From a virus, in IMG/VR virus record IMGVR_UViG_3300009709_000007, positions 1 through 46,787 of that record: a stretch of DNA of 46,787 nt; one strand, given 5' to 3'. Shown here in pieces: positions 31,688 through 41,273 of the stretch. Position 1 is the first letter of the stretch. Each line of letters opens with the position of its first letter. The notes under the pieces are model-generated. The model was not told the origin of the DNA. It saw only the letters and a program-made list of their open reading frames with translations, and did not search any database. Made by a program: the position numbers and the translations under genes.

Positions 31688-32232
31688 AGTCCCAGGCCTT
31701 CGAGCTTGGCGGTAAGGACGAGGGCGTCATCGTCGCCCTTACTGAATTGCCTGCACTGGTCGCGGACCGACACGCTAGGCTCACCCTTAAGGCCGTGGAC
31801 GAAGACCCGGCCGGTGGCGTCGTCGCTCTAGCCCTTCATCACATGAAGGCCGTGCGCGACCTTGGCGAGGCCTCCCTGCGGCTGCTTCAGCCCTTCGTGC
31901 AAGGGGTGGACCTGTTCACCCTCAAGGACTGGCGATCAGTCGAGCGGCTCCAGCAGGCCGCGCTCTACCTGCACGTGGGCTTCCTGATTGGCCGGGAGGC
32001 GCTGGAGATTCCCGTTACCCTGACCGCACAGATGCTCACTTCTCCGGTGGCAGACATTCACGTCACCTGGTGCTCGCCCCACATCGCCGCGGTGCTACAC
32101 TCTGGCAAGGCGTCCTACCGCGAGCTGGAGACCGTGTTGAGCACCGAGGACGTGTACAACCTGGTCGAACTGATCAACGTGGACGCGATCCGCGAGTGGA
32201 AACTTTCCCAACAAAAGGCACCCAACCCATGA
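31681..32232 (+). CDS. Hypothetical protein, possible tail assembly chaperone
   Basis: ATG 31681 overlaps the upstream stop. 183 aa, positioned upstream of the tape measure gene. Confidence 0.4.
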   Translation: MLKSQAFELGGKDEGVIVALTELPALVADRHARLTLKAVDEDPAGGVVALALHHMKAVRDLGEASLRLLQPFVQGVDLFTLKDWRSVERLQQAALYLHVGFLIGREALEIPVTLTAQMLTSPVADIHVTWCSPHIAAVLHSGKASYRELETVLSTEDVYNLVELINVDAIREWKLSQQKAPNP

Positions 32233-32534
32233 GTAATGTTAACCCTGAAATTTTGCAGTCAAACATCGAAAAGGCACTCATCGATTCTGGGGTGGCGTCG
32301 GACGTCGTGGCCCGGCTGTCCGCGCACATGGCGACAGAACCTGTAATGGTTCTCCGTTATGCGATGCGTACGGAAAAACACTACGCAGACGGACGTGTGG
32401 TCGTGGAGGGGCTTCGAGAAACTACGCTACGCGCGGATTTGGTCCAAGCCATAAATAACGGCGATGCTGATCGTCGTACGCGCGAATATCGCCAGCTCGT
32501 TCAGGCAGTTAAAGATTTGGACCGCTTGGCATGA
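32229..32534 (+). CDS. Hypothetical protein (lower-GC insert)
   Basis: ATG 32229 overlaps the upstream stop as ATGA. 101 aa. GC content is visibly lower (about 50% by eye) than in the flanking genes. Confidence 0.5.
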   Translation: MSNVNPEILQSNIEKALIDSGVASDVVARLSAHMATEPVMVLRYAMRTEKHYADGRVVVEGLRETTLRADLVQAINNGDADRRTREYRQLVQAVKDLDRLA

Positions 32535-32950
32535 CCGACATGACTATTACCGCCGTATCTGGCCGAGACGCAGGCAAGCGCTTCCGCTTCCCGGAACTGG
32601 ACCCGCTGTTCCTCGCCGGGCTGGCCCTGCGCCTGGTCTCGGCGCTGAAAATCCCCAGTTTCGATGCGCTGCGCCAGTTGGCCGCGCCGGCCGATCTTGA
32701 TGCACCAGCGGACGAGCCGGACGAAAGCAAGCTGGACGCCCTGCTGGCGATCCTGCGCGGCTGCGACCCAGTGGCCGTGCACACGCTGGTGACCGAAATC
32801 CTGGGCTACGTGCAGATCGCGCCCGATCCGAAGCACCCCGAGGCGTGGCGTCCTGTCATGGTCGGTCCGGACGGGGACATCAAGGAACTGAAGACGCTGG
32901 GGTCGGTCGTCATGACTTTCGCTAGCGCTCGCCTGTCGCTCGGGGGTTAA
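32531..32950 (+). CDS. Hypothetical protein, possible tail assembly chaperone
   Basis: 139 aa, ATGA-coupled, acidic in the middle, and two genes upstream of the tape measure gene. Confidence 0.4.
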   Translation: MTDMTITAVSGRDAGKRFRFPELDPLFLAGLALRLVSALKIPSFDALRQLAAPADLDAPADEPDESKLDALLAILRGCDPVAVHTLVTEILGYVQIAPDPKHPEAWRPVMVGPDGDIKELKTLGSVVMTFASARLSLGG

Positions 32951-32952
32951 TC

Positions 32953-33546
32953 ATGGTCGCGTCGGTGGCAATTCTAAACGGCCTGGCGGTCATCGCCTCG
33001 CGTCTGCCCAACCTGAACCCACCGACGCCCATCTATGCCATCGTGGGGTCCGACGATGGCATTCCGCTGACGATCCCTTCGTCCTGGGGCGAGTTCAGCC
33101 CGTCGCGTGAGTCGCTGGTGTCGGACTACCCGGTAGAGGCAGGCGGCTTCGCCGGCTACAACAAGGTGCGTCGCCCGTCTACCGTCTTCGTGCAGATGAT
33201 CAAGACCGGTTCGGACCTGGCCCGCTTTGCGTGGCTGTCGGCGATCCAGCAGCTAGAGGACACCCAGCCGACGAAGTTGTACACCCTGATTTCGCCCCAG
33301 GGGGTCTACATCGACTACACGCTGGTAGGCATCCGCAACACAACGCGGCCGGATCGCGGCTCGAACATGCTGTACCTTGAGCTGCAATTCCAGCAGGTGC
33401 CGCAGATCGAGTCGAGCGCAGGAATCTACACGAACGTCGCCGAAGCGCCAGCGTCGCCGGTGCAGCAGGTCGGACGGGTGTTCACAACGGTAGTCAGTAG
33501 GGCCCAGGCGACGGTTGCTAATGCTGCCAAGTACATCACCGGTTGA
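32953..33546 (+). CDS. Putative tail/baseplate structural protein
   Basis: 197 aa. The pattern SDYPVEAGGFAGYNKV...LYLELQFQQV resembles Dit-like/baseplate N-terminal domains by recall. Confidence 0.4.
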   Translation: MVASVAILNGLAVIASRLPNLNPPTPIYAIVGSDDGIPLTIPSSWGEFSPSRESLVSDYPVEAGGFAGYNKVRRPSTVFVQMIKTGSDLARFAWLSAIQQLEDTQPTKLYTLISPQGVYIDYTLVGIRNTTRPDRGSNMLYLELQFQQVPQIESSAGIYTNVAEAPASPVQQVGRVFTTVVSRAQATVANAAKYITG

Positions 33547-33552
33547 TAGATA

Positions 33553-35355
33553 ATGGCTAATGAGAACGTTGTCGATGAACTGGTAGTTAAGCTTCGTCTT
33601 GATGCGGAATCCTATGAGGACGCGCAGGCCGAAGTAGATGCGCGCGCGGCTGGCACCGAGAAAAAAGAGAAGAACAAGGAGGCCCAGCGCAAGACGCGCG
33701 AACGTGACCAGTCCTCGCGCATGAAAGGTCTCACATCGACAGCCAAAAGCTTAGGCGTAGCGCTCGCTGCGGTTGCCGGGTTCGTCGTCGCTGTAGGCGC
33801 GGCCGTGGTCGGCTCGTTGACGGGGCTGAACGCGTTCGAGGTGGGCCTGCGCCGTCAAGGCGTGGCTACCGGGCTGTCCAACCGCGAGATGCAGGCCTGG
33901 GGCTCGACAGCACGCCGACTGGGCGCAGACGCCGACGCAGGCGCCTCGGCGATCGCGGACTTGGCCCGCGAACAGAAGAACTTCAACCTGACGGGCGACG
34001 CACCGACCATGCAGGCGCTCGCGCGCATTGGTGTGAACGTCGGTCCGAACGTGCCGCTGCAAGACATGCTCGCCCAGGCACAGCAGACCTACCGTAACGC
34101 ACCTACGGCACAGAAGCAGCAGATCGAATCGGTTCTATCGACATCTGGCGCCAGTGCGGACCTGATCGTCATGATCAAGTCCGAGACCGACGTGCGCGAG
34201 GCATTTAACAAGTCGCTCCAGCAGGCCACTGCGGAGAACACCAAGGCGCTGTCTGAGTTTAACGACGCGGTGGCGTCCGCCAAGGACAACGCGATCAGCA
34301 TCGCAAACACAATGGCCGGCATCCTTGAGCCAGGGATAAAGAGCGCTGCGGCGTGGTTGAATACCTTTGCCGTTGATGCCCAACGCTTTGGGGAACGTGT
34401 CACTGCCGCAGGCGGCGGCATAGACGGCTTCATGAAGGTGCTCAACGAGGAATCGCCCACCGTCGCGAAGTCGCTTCGCGGGCTAGCCGATGTCATCGAC
34501 GTCATTATCTTCGGATTCAAGAAGATAGGCGAAGTTATTGACGAGATACGGGGTAAGGGAGGCTGGGGGGATCGTTTCAACCAGCGGGTACAGACAGAAG
34601 TCAACAAGACGAGCCACAGTCCTTTTTGGGGACTCGTTGCCTCAGGCCAGAACATTGGCAAGTCGATCGTCAGCAAAGTGTCCGGCATTTGGGGCGAGAC
34701 CGTAGACAACGCCCACGCCGATGGTATCGATGTCCTGAAGGCATCGCCGCCTAGTCCGGCTGCGGGCACGTCCACAGGCACGTCCACAGGCACGCCCGCG
34801 GGCGATATGCAACAGGCTGTCATGGGCCAGTTGATCAGCAAATATGGGCTCTCCGTGCCCGATGCCGCCGCCCTCACCGCCAACCTGCAAGCCGAGTCAG
34901 GGCTGCGTCCGAATGCCTACAACTCGGCCGGAGGCGGTCAGGGGGCGCGAGGCATCGCCCAATGGCGCGGCGAGCGCATCGATGCGTTCCGCAAGCGCTA
35001 TGGTATGAACCCGGATGCTGCCACGCTCGACCAGCAGATCGAGTTCATGATGACCGACCCCTACGAACGCGCACTGCTCGCTCGCGCCTTTGCAAGTGCC
35101 GGTCCTGGCGCCTCGGCCGGCGAGCGCGGGGTGGCCGTGTCACGCACCTACGAGGCTCACGGCGTACTGGCGGAGGACAACCTGCGCGGCTACGCTGCGG
35201 CCAAGTTGGCAGCGCAGTACGATACGAATGCAGGCAGCACGCCGCCTGTACAGATATCTGGACCGGTAACGGTGATCGCTAACAACCCGCAGGAATTGGC
35301 GACGAATATTCAGCGGGTCAGCAACGTACAAAATCAGAACTCGGCGGTTCGGTAA
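33553..35355 (+). CDS. Tail tape measure protein with C-terminal lysozyme-like (tail lysozyme) domain
   Basis: 600 aa. It has a charged coiled N-terminus, a hydrophobic segment LGVALAAVAGFVVAVGAAVVG and Ala-rich helices. C-terminal LQAESGLRPNAYNSAGGGQGARGIAQWRGERIDAFRKRYG is glycosidase-like. Confidence 0.8.
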   Translation: MANENVVDELVVKLRLDAESYEDAQAEVDARAAGTEKKEKNKEAQRKTRERDQSSRMKGLTSTAKSLGVALAAVAGFVVAVGAAVVGSLTGLNAFEVGLRRQGVATGLSNREMQAWGSTARRLGADADAGASAIADLAREQKNFNLTGDAPTMQALARIGVNVGPNVPLQDMLAQAQQTYRNAPTAQKQQIESVLSTSGASADLIVMIKSETDVREAFNKSLQQATAENTKALSEFNDAVASAKDNAISIANTMAGILEPGIKSAAAWLNTFAVDAQRFGERVTAAGGGIDGFMKVLNEESPTVAKSLRGLADVIDVIIFGFKKIGEVIDEIRGKGGWGDRFNQRVQTEVNKTSHSPFWGLVASGQNIGKSIVSKVSGIWGETVDNAHADGIDVLKASPPSPAAGTSTGTSTGTPAGDMQQAVMGQLISKYGLSVPDAAALTANLQAESGLRPNAYNSAGGGQGARGIAQWRGERIDAFRKRYGMNPDAATLDQQIEFMMTDPYERALLARAFASAGPGASAGERGVAVSRTYEAHGVLAEDNLRGYAAAKLAAQYDTNAGSTPPVQISGPVTVIANNPQELATNIQRVSNVQNQNSAVR

Positions 35356-36251
35356 TGCCCTTTCAGCCCTATCAAATCCGACGCGCTCAGGTTGTCGTGA
35401 CAATCCAGCGCCCTGACACAGCGGGCGACGTGCAGCCGCAAACTTACACGTTCGAGCAGCACCGTATGCGCATCCAGGTGCGCCAAGGCGGTAAGCAGTA
35501 CGGCAACGCCAAAGTGCAGGTCTACGGTGTTCCGCTCGCGACCATGAACCAGATCGCACGCCTATGGCTTGAGGCGCTGACGCCGCAGAATACGGACACC
35601 GTTCAGATCAACGTATGGGACGGCCAGGGCTTTATTCCGTTCTTCGATGGGGTGATCACCTGGTCGGCGGTCAATGCCTCGCAGATGCCCCAGGTCTATC
35701 TGGACATCGAGGCCAACGCAGCAATGCAGGGCATGAACTCAACGGCTAGCCCCTACGCCAACCCGGGCCCCGTGGCACTGACATCGGCGCTGAATGCCAT
35801 AGCTACGCCGGCGGGACTCACTGTCAACTTTGACACCAGCGCTCAGGATTACCAACTGGTCCAGCAGCGCGCGGTCGGAACCCCTGTACAGCAGATTACG
35901 CAGGTGATGAACCAGTTTCCCAATCTCACCTGGTTCATCAACCTTCAGCAGCTCGTGGTGCGTGATGCCTTGGCGCCTTTGAACTCGCCAGCTATCCGGG
36001 TTGCAAAGGATACCGGAATGATCGGATATCCGGTATATTCCACCAGCGGGTTAACTGTCAGTACGCTGTTCGACCCGAGGATTCGCCCGGGTCTGGCATT
36101 GGATGTAGAAACTGAATTCGATTTCGTCAACCGCACCGTATGGGTGGCTTCAGTCCTGGCTCATACCTTGGATGTAAATTTGCCGGGCGGCCAGTGGATG
36201 ACGCAGGCCGCGGCAAATTCTTTTGGACCCAAAGGAAACGACAATGGCTGA
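35355..36251 (+). CDS. Putative baseplate hub protein
   Basis: 298 aa, immediately after the tape measure gene (stop/start overlap) and before the spike gene. Confidence 0.45.
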   Translation: MPFQPYQIRRAQVVVTIQRPDTAGDVQPQTYTFEQHRMRIQVRQGGKQYGNAKVQVYGVPLATMNQIARLWLEALTPQNTDTVQINVWDGQGFIPFFDGVITWSAVNASQMPQVYLDIEANAAMQGMNSTASPYANPGPVALTSALNAIATPAGLTVNFDTSAQDYQLVQQRAVGTPVQQITQVMNQFPNLTWFINLQQLVVRDALAPLNSPAIRVAKDTGMIGYPVYSTSGLTVSTLFDPRIRPGLALDVETEFDFVNRTVWVASVLAHTLDVNLPGGQWMTQAAANSFGPKGNDNG

Positions 36252-36483
36252 CGAAACCGATCCGACCGAACCCCAGATCATCAATTACGTGTGCTTCTTC
36301 AGCTACCCCGGCCGCCCGGGCCGCTACGGAGCAATCAATGCCTACAACTTGGACCAGGCTTGGGATATCGCTTGGGCTAGCTGCGCGGGCACGCAGTGGG
36401 TTCCGGTTCGTATCTTCCTGCAACCGGTGTGGACAGGTAACAGCGTAGGCCCTGAAGGCGAAGGTAGTGTCTCAGAGTTCTAA
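36244..36483 (+). CDS. Hypothetical small protein
   Basis: 79 aa from ATG 36244, overlapping the upstream stop. Confidence 0.4.
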   Translation: MADETDPTEPQIINYVCFFSYPGRPGRYGAINAYNLDQAWDIAWASCAGTQWVPVRIFLQPVWTGNSVGPEGEGSVSEF

Positions 36484-37120
36484 GTACGATGCGCCCTTCG
36501 AGGCGCAATTCGATCCGGACCGGGCGCAGGAGTTCATCATCCTGCGCCTTCTTCGGAACATCCACACGGCGACGCCTGTCAAGGTGCTCGCCGTGCATGA
36601 ATTGACCAACCGCAGCGGCACAGTCGATGTCCAGCCCTTGATCTTGGATCAAGACACCAAGGGCCGTGTCATACCGCAATCTCCGGCGTACGGTTTGCCC
36701 TTTTTGCGCGTACAAGGGGGACGCTCGGCGGTCAAGTGCGACCCCGTGGTGGGCGACATTGGTATCGCAGTCTTTGCCGAACGTGATACGTCCAATGTCG
36801 TGCGCACCTTCAAGGAGGGCGCGGCCCCCACCGATCGAACCTACTCGAGCGCGGACGGTTGGTATCTGGGCGGCTTTCTCAATGCTGCTGCTACTCAATA
36901 CCTGACGCTGGACGAGGATGGCATTGCCATCTTCACTCCGGATACGTTAGAAATTGAAGCAAAACAAGGGGCTACGGTCAAAGCCCCCCTGCTGACTGTG
37001 ACCGCCGAAGTCGTGACAAGTGCGAATGTAAAGGTGGGGACGGGAGCGAGCGGGTCATTTACGACGCCTACGGGGCAGACTGTGACCGTACAAGATGGCA
37101 TCATTACGAATATCTACTAA
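36467..37120 (+). CDS. Baseplate spike / assembly protein V-like (Mu gp45 / P2 gpV type)
   Basis: The GTG start gives MSQSSKYD. The pattern ATPVKVLAVH...GTVDVQPLI...LPFLRVQGG..AV...VGDIGIAVFAERD is typical of the gpV OB-fold N-domain (recall). Confidence 0.65.
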   Translation: MSQSSKYDAPFEAQFDPDRAQEFIILRLLRNIHTATPVKVLAVHELTNRSGTVDVQPLILDQDTKGRVIPQSPAYGLPFLRVQGGRSAVKCDPVVGDIGIAVFAERDTSNVVRTFKEGAAPTDRTYSSADGWYLGGFLNAAATQYLTLDEDGIAIFTPDTLEIEAKQGATVKAPLLTVTAEVVTSANVKVGTGASGSFTTPTGQTVTVQDGIITNIY

Positions 37121-37132
37121 GGCAAACGCGCC

Positions 37133-37537
37133 ATGATCCCTCAAGGCCAGGCACCCATTAATCTGTCGTACTTCGAAGGGCTACAACAGCGCATCGAAGG
37201 CTGCTCGTCTTGCGATCAGTTGACCGAAGTGGTGAACGATCTATACGCCTCGGTCGAGGCCAACATCACAGCGATCAATGCTCAGATCGCAGCGCTAGCG
37301 CCCTTGCTGTCGCTGCTTGAGGCGCCGGCCGTCAACCCGCAAGCGATCGTGACGTGGATCACTGGGTTCATTACGAACTTCCTGACGCCTTACCTCAAAC
37401 CCTATACCATTTACCCGGTGCAGTTGACGCAGATCAGCGCACAAATGGCACAGTTGCCGCCACTTATCGAAGCTAAAATGGCGCAGTTCCCTAGCTGTAA
37501 TGTCCCGATCCCGCCGCTTCCCGGATTGCCCACTTAG
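37133..37537 (+). CDS. Hypothetical baseplate-module protein
   Basis: 134 aa, lying between the V-like and J-like genes. Confidence 0.4.
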   Translation: MIPQGQAPINLSYFEGLQQRIEGCSSCDQLTEVVNDLYASVEANITAINAQIAALAPLLSLLEAPAVNPQAIVTWITGFITNFLTPYLKPYTIYPVQLTQISAQMAQLPPLIEAKMAQFPSCNVPIPPLPGLPT

Positions 37538-37553
37538 CAGGTAGACTGCGACT

Positions 37554-38825
37554 ATGGAAACCAATGTCCCCGTCCCGACATTCACCTCTGCCGGCCTGGC
37601 AGTCCCTGACGCGCAGTCGGTACTGACTGGCGTACAGCAGGACTGGACGGGCAGTTTCGCTTTGGTAGGCAAGACGCTCAATACAGCGCTGACGACTCCT
37701 CAAGGCCAGTTACAGACTGCGCAAAGCTTTATGCTGTCCGAAGCCTACGCACTGATGGCGCAGTTAGTTGCCAACGTTGACCCTATGACGTCTCAAGGGG
37801 CGTTTCAAGACGCCTTGGGCCGCATTTACTTCCTCACACGACAGCCTGCGACGTTCAGCACCGTTGTCGCCGTCGTGACAGGTACCGTGGGGCAGCTTCT
37901 CCCCGCTGGCGCCCAGGCGCGCTCTACGGCGGACGGTTCTCTGTGGGCGTCGCAGAACGATGTCACCTTTGGCCCTTCCGGTAGCGCCACAGTGACGTTC
38001 CAAGCGCTAGTTGCTGGTGCAGCGCCCACTGCGGCCGTCAATTCGCTACGCATCTACCAACAGTTGCCGGGCTGGGAAGGCATCACGAACGCAGTCGCGT
38101 CGTCGCCGGGGGTGGACGTCGAAGGTCGTCAAGCCTTCGAACAGCGTCGTGCGGAGTCTGTCTCCATTGGCGGCAACGGAACGGCCAGCGCCGTGCGTGC
38201 CGCCGTGGCAAACGTTTCGGGCGTGTCAGACGTCTACGTCTACAACAACGGTTCCGACAGCGCCATCACCTACGGTGCCACTAACTACCCCATACCCGCG
38301 CACTCCATCGCGGTGTGTGTGACGGGGGGATCAGACGCCGACGTCGCAACGGCGATCAACGCCAAGTTGGACTGTGGTTGCGGGCTACCGACTGCCGCAG
38401 GCCAAGGTTCCTTGGTCAGTTACACCGTGCAGGATACGGTCAACTACTCGGCGCCGTATCCATCTTACGTTGTGCGGTTTGTGCGCGCAGCTGCAAAACA
38501 GGTGTATTTCACCATTCAGGTAGCCAATGTTTCTACGCTGCCCGCAAATTTTCAATCCCTGGTGCAGACCGCAGTGGCAAACGCATTCGCCACGGGGTAC
38601 ACGTCGCAAGACGGTACGATTGTACTGCCGCGGGCGCGGCTTGGTGCCGAAATCATCGCGGCCGGCTACGCGGCGCCCATTTTGGCTTTGGGTAATGTCA
38701 CGCCCGTCAATCTGTACATAAGCTACACAGCGTCGCCTACCAGTGGTGCCTCCGTCACACTGGGCATCGACCAGCAGCCCGTGTGCGTCGTCGCTAACAT
38801 CAATGTGGTGGCTGTTAGCGTATGA
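37554..38825 (+). CDS. Baseplate J-like protein
   Basis: 423 aa. Its position after the V-like gene, its size and its Ala/Val/Thr-rich composition fit gpJ/gp47-type wedge proteins (recall). Confidence 0.6.
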   Translation: METNVPVPTFTSAGLAVPDAQSVLTGVQQDWTGSFALVGKTLNTALTTPQGQLQTAQSFMLSEAYALMAQLVANVDPMTSQGAFQDALGRIYFLTRQPATFSTVVAVVTGTVGQLLPAGAQARSTADGSLWASQNDVTFGPSGSATVTFQALVAGAAPTAAVNSLRIYQQLPGWEGITNAVASSPGVDVEGRQAFEQRRAESVSIGGNGTASAVRAAVANVSGVSDVYVYNNGSDSAITYGATNYPIPAHSIAVCVTGGSDADVATAINAKLDCGCGLPTAAGQGSLVSYTVQDTVNYSAPYPSYVVRFVRAAAKQVYFTIQVANVSTLPANFQSLVQTAVANAFATGYTSQDGTIVLPRARLGAEIIAAGYAAPILALGNVTPVNLYISYTASPTSGASVTLGIDQQPVCVVANINVVAVSV

Positions 38826-39505
38826 GCGCGTATCTGTCGAAAACGATACAAAAACAGTACAGCAACAGCCCGGTCCTGTTGGCCCTTTTGGACGATTTCT
38901 CCCAGTGGGTGGACATGTCCAAGTTTACTGCCGACTTCCTTCGCACCGTTTGGGACATATCGACCGCGGAGGGCTTCGGCTTAGACATTTGGGGGCGAAT
39001 CCTAGGGCGTTCGCGCTACATTGTTGCAGCACAGGTTCCAGGCAATAACTTTGGTTTCAATATTAACGGTGCGGCAGGCACACCGTGGAAAGCGTTCGGA
39101 CAGGCGCCCTTCTTCAACGGTGCTCCGTCAGGTGCCGTCAGCTACCTGCTGTCAGATGAAGACTACCGACAGCTTTTACTGGTTAAAGCCGCCGCGAACA
39201 TTGCCAGTTGTGATTGTCCATCACTGAATTATCTGTTGCGGGCGATGTTCGGCAATCGCGGCAAGTGCTACGTGGGCTATGATCCGGCCACGCCGATGCA
39301 CATAGGTTATCACTTTGAATTTACGCCTACTGCTATTGAGCAGGCTATTATTGAATCGAACTTATTTCCCGTGCCTGCGGGCATGACGGTGGTATATATT
39401 TACTTGACGCTTGCCTATGCGCCTTTCGGCTTTGCTGGCGCTAACACGGGTGCCAACCCTCGTGCTGTAACAGGTTTCAATCAAAACCCGTTTTATCAAC
39501 CCTGA
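38822..39505 (+). CDS. Baseplate/tail-fibre-associated protein (DUF2612-like)
   Basis: 227 aa, ATGA-coupled after the J-like gene. The N-terminal pattern YLSKTIQKQYSNSPVLLALLD..F resembles DUF2612 by recall. GC content is lower. Confidence 0.5.
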   Translation: MSAYLSKTIQKQYSNSPVLLALLDDFSQWVDMSKFTADFLRTVWDISTAEGFGLDIWGRILGRSRYIVAAQVPGNNFGFNINGAAGTPWKAFGQAPFFNGAPSGAVSYLLSDEDYRQLLLVKAAANIASCDCPSLNYLLRAMFGNRGKCYVGYDPATPMHIGYHFEFTPTAIEQAIIESNLFPVPAGMTVVYIYLTLAYAPFGFAGANTGANPRAVTGFNQNPFYQP

Positions 39506-39516
39506 CGGCCCAGCAT

Positions 39517-40923
39517 ATGCAATCTATCAACATTCCCGCCAAGTTCCTTGTTCCTTTCGCGAACAACGACAATGCGCGCGTCGAACTGCCAGTGACCACC
39601 GCAACTGCCGGCCGCGCGTCGCAGTCGCTAGGTTTTCCACCAATAACCGGGCAGCCTCCAGAAGCAGGCGGCCAGCCGCCGCAGCTCGAAGATTTCAACG
39701 GCGCAATGAATCAGATAGCGCGTGTGAGTTGGTGGGCGCAGCTTGGCGGCAAGTTCAATTATGATGTTACCTTTGCGACCAGTGCGGCTATCGGAGGGTA
39801 CCCGGCGGGTGCCGAGCTAAACGCTGCCGACAATCAAGGTGCATGGTTGAACCTGGCCGAAAATAACACAGCCAACCCTGATACAGACGGTAGCAACTGG
39901 GCGCCCACCCGCGCTTATGGTGTTCTGAATCTTGCTCAGATGACTGGCGGGGTTATAACGCTTTCGCCGGCTCAGGCGATGAAGCGCCGGATTCTACTGA
40001 CAGGCGTGCTGTCCAGCGATCTGACGTTGATAGTTCCTTCTTGGCTCTATTCTTGGGACGTCACCAACAGCACGAGCGGCAGCTTCAATGTCGTGATGAA
40101 AACATCGGCGGGAGCTGGTGCGGTAATTCCCCAGAATGGCGCGCCTACTCCACTGGTGGGGGACGGTACGAACATCACCCAGCCTGCGGCTAATGTACCT
40201 GCGGCTACGAGCCCCACTCAAGCCATGCAGTTCGGTCAAGCAACTGGGCGGCTGTTAGGCGTACGGGTATTCAATGTGGTAGGAAGTTCTACTTACATCG
40301 CAAGTCCCGGCACTCGGTTTGTCATCGTCGATTTGCAGTGTGCCGGCGCAGCCGGTGCAGGCACCGTGGCGGCACTCTCCGGAAACGCGGCAGTTGGTGG
40401 CGGTGGCGGTGGCGGTGGTCGGGCTGTCGTCTTGTTATCCAGCAGCTTCACGAATACAAGTGTCACTGTCGGCGCAGGCGGTGTTACGGGCGGCGCGGGT
40501 AATCCGGGCGGCGCGGGCGCGGTCACTTCTTTTGGTGCGCTTATTGTGGGCCCTGGTGCACCTTCTGTTCCGCAAGGACAAGGGACTCCCGGCCCGAGCT
40601 ACCAAGCGCCGGGTATCGGAGGGGCGGCTCCGACTATCGCTACGGGCCCAAATGTGCAAGCACTTGCTATTTCCAGTGGTCAACAGGGTGCAGCAGGAAT
40701 CATACTGTCTACTAACGTAGTTATTGCCGGTAGTGGCGGAAACGCCCCATATGGCGCCGGCGCAGTAGCACCGGGCAGCTCAGCTGTCGGCCAGACCGGC
40801 ACGGGTCTGCCAGGCGCTGGCCGTGGCGCGGGTGGCGCGGGTGGCTTCAGTACCGCGGGCGGCAATCCGGGCGGTGGCGGTTCCGGCGCCGCGGGTTTAG
40901 TTCTCGTTTACGAGTACAGCTAA
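39517..40923 (+). CDS. Tail fibre protein with glycine-rich C-terminal domain
   Basis: 468 aa. N-terminal PAKFLVPFANNDNA is typical of fibre N-termini. The C-terminal GGGGGGGG, GGAGNPGGAG and GGGGSGAAGLVLVYEYS repeats are glycine-rich. Confidence 0.7.
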   Translation: MQSINIPAKFLVPFANNDNARVELPVTTATAGRASQSLGFPPITGQPPEAGGQPPQLEDFNGAMNQIARVSWWAQLGGKFNYDVTFATSAAIGGYPAGAELNAADNQGAWLNLAENNTANPDTDGSNWAPTRAYGVLNLAQMTGGVITLSPAQAMKRRILLTGVLSSDLTLIVPSWLYSWDVTNSTSGSFNVVMKTSAGAGAVIPQNGAPTPLVGDGTNITQPAANVPAATSPTQAMQFGQATGRLLGVRVFNVVGSSTYIASPGTRFVIVDLQCAGAAGAGTVAALSGNAAVGGGGGGGGRAVVLLSSSFTNTSVTVGAGGVTGGAGNPGGAGAVTSFGALIVGPGAPSVPQGQGTPGPSYQAPGIGGAAPTIATGPNVQALAISSGQQGAAGIILSTNVVIAGSGGNAPYGAGAVAPGSSAVGQTGTGLPGAGRGAGGAGGFSTAGGNPGGGGSGAAGLVLVYEYS

Positions 40924-40925
40924 TC

Positions 40926-41273
40926 GTGGCTTGGGACCGGGAGTCGCTTATAGCTAGCGCGGCGCAAGCCGCGCTAGCCGCGTTTGGCGGCCTGATTGGC
41001 GGCCTTCAGCGAAAGGAGTACGCCACCCTCGGCCAGTCGGTCATCGGGGCCCTCGGCGCGGGCTTCGTAGGCATCCTCGTCGCCAAGTTTTGCCACGGCT
41101 CAGGTATGAGCGATGACACTACCTTTGTCTGCGTAGCCGTTGCGGGCTGGATGGGGGCCTCCCGCACGATCGACATCCTGCAACGTGCTTTCGCGAGGAC
41201 GCCGCTAGGCGCGAAGCTCGGGGTTGAACCCGAGGCGCCCTCCGAAGACCCGAAGGAACCCCCGAAGCCATGA
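40926..41273 (+). CDS. Putative holin
   Basis: 115 aa with a GTG start. It has 2-3 hydrophobic segments (AALAAFGGLIGGL, VIGALGAGFVGILVA, FVCVAVAGWMGA) and a charged C-terminus. It lies adjacent and convergent to the endolysin gene. Confidence 0.55.
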   Translation: MAWDRESLIASAAQAALAAFGGLIGGLQRKEYATLGQSVIGALGAGFVGILVAKFCHGSGMSDDTTFVCVAVAGWMGASRTIDILQRAFARTPLGAKLGVEPEAPSEDPKEPPKP

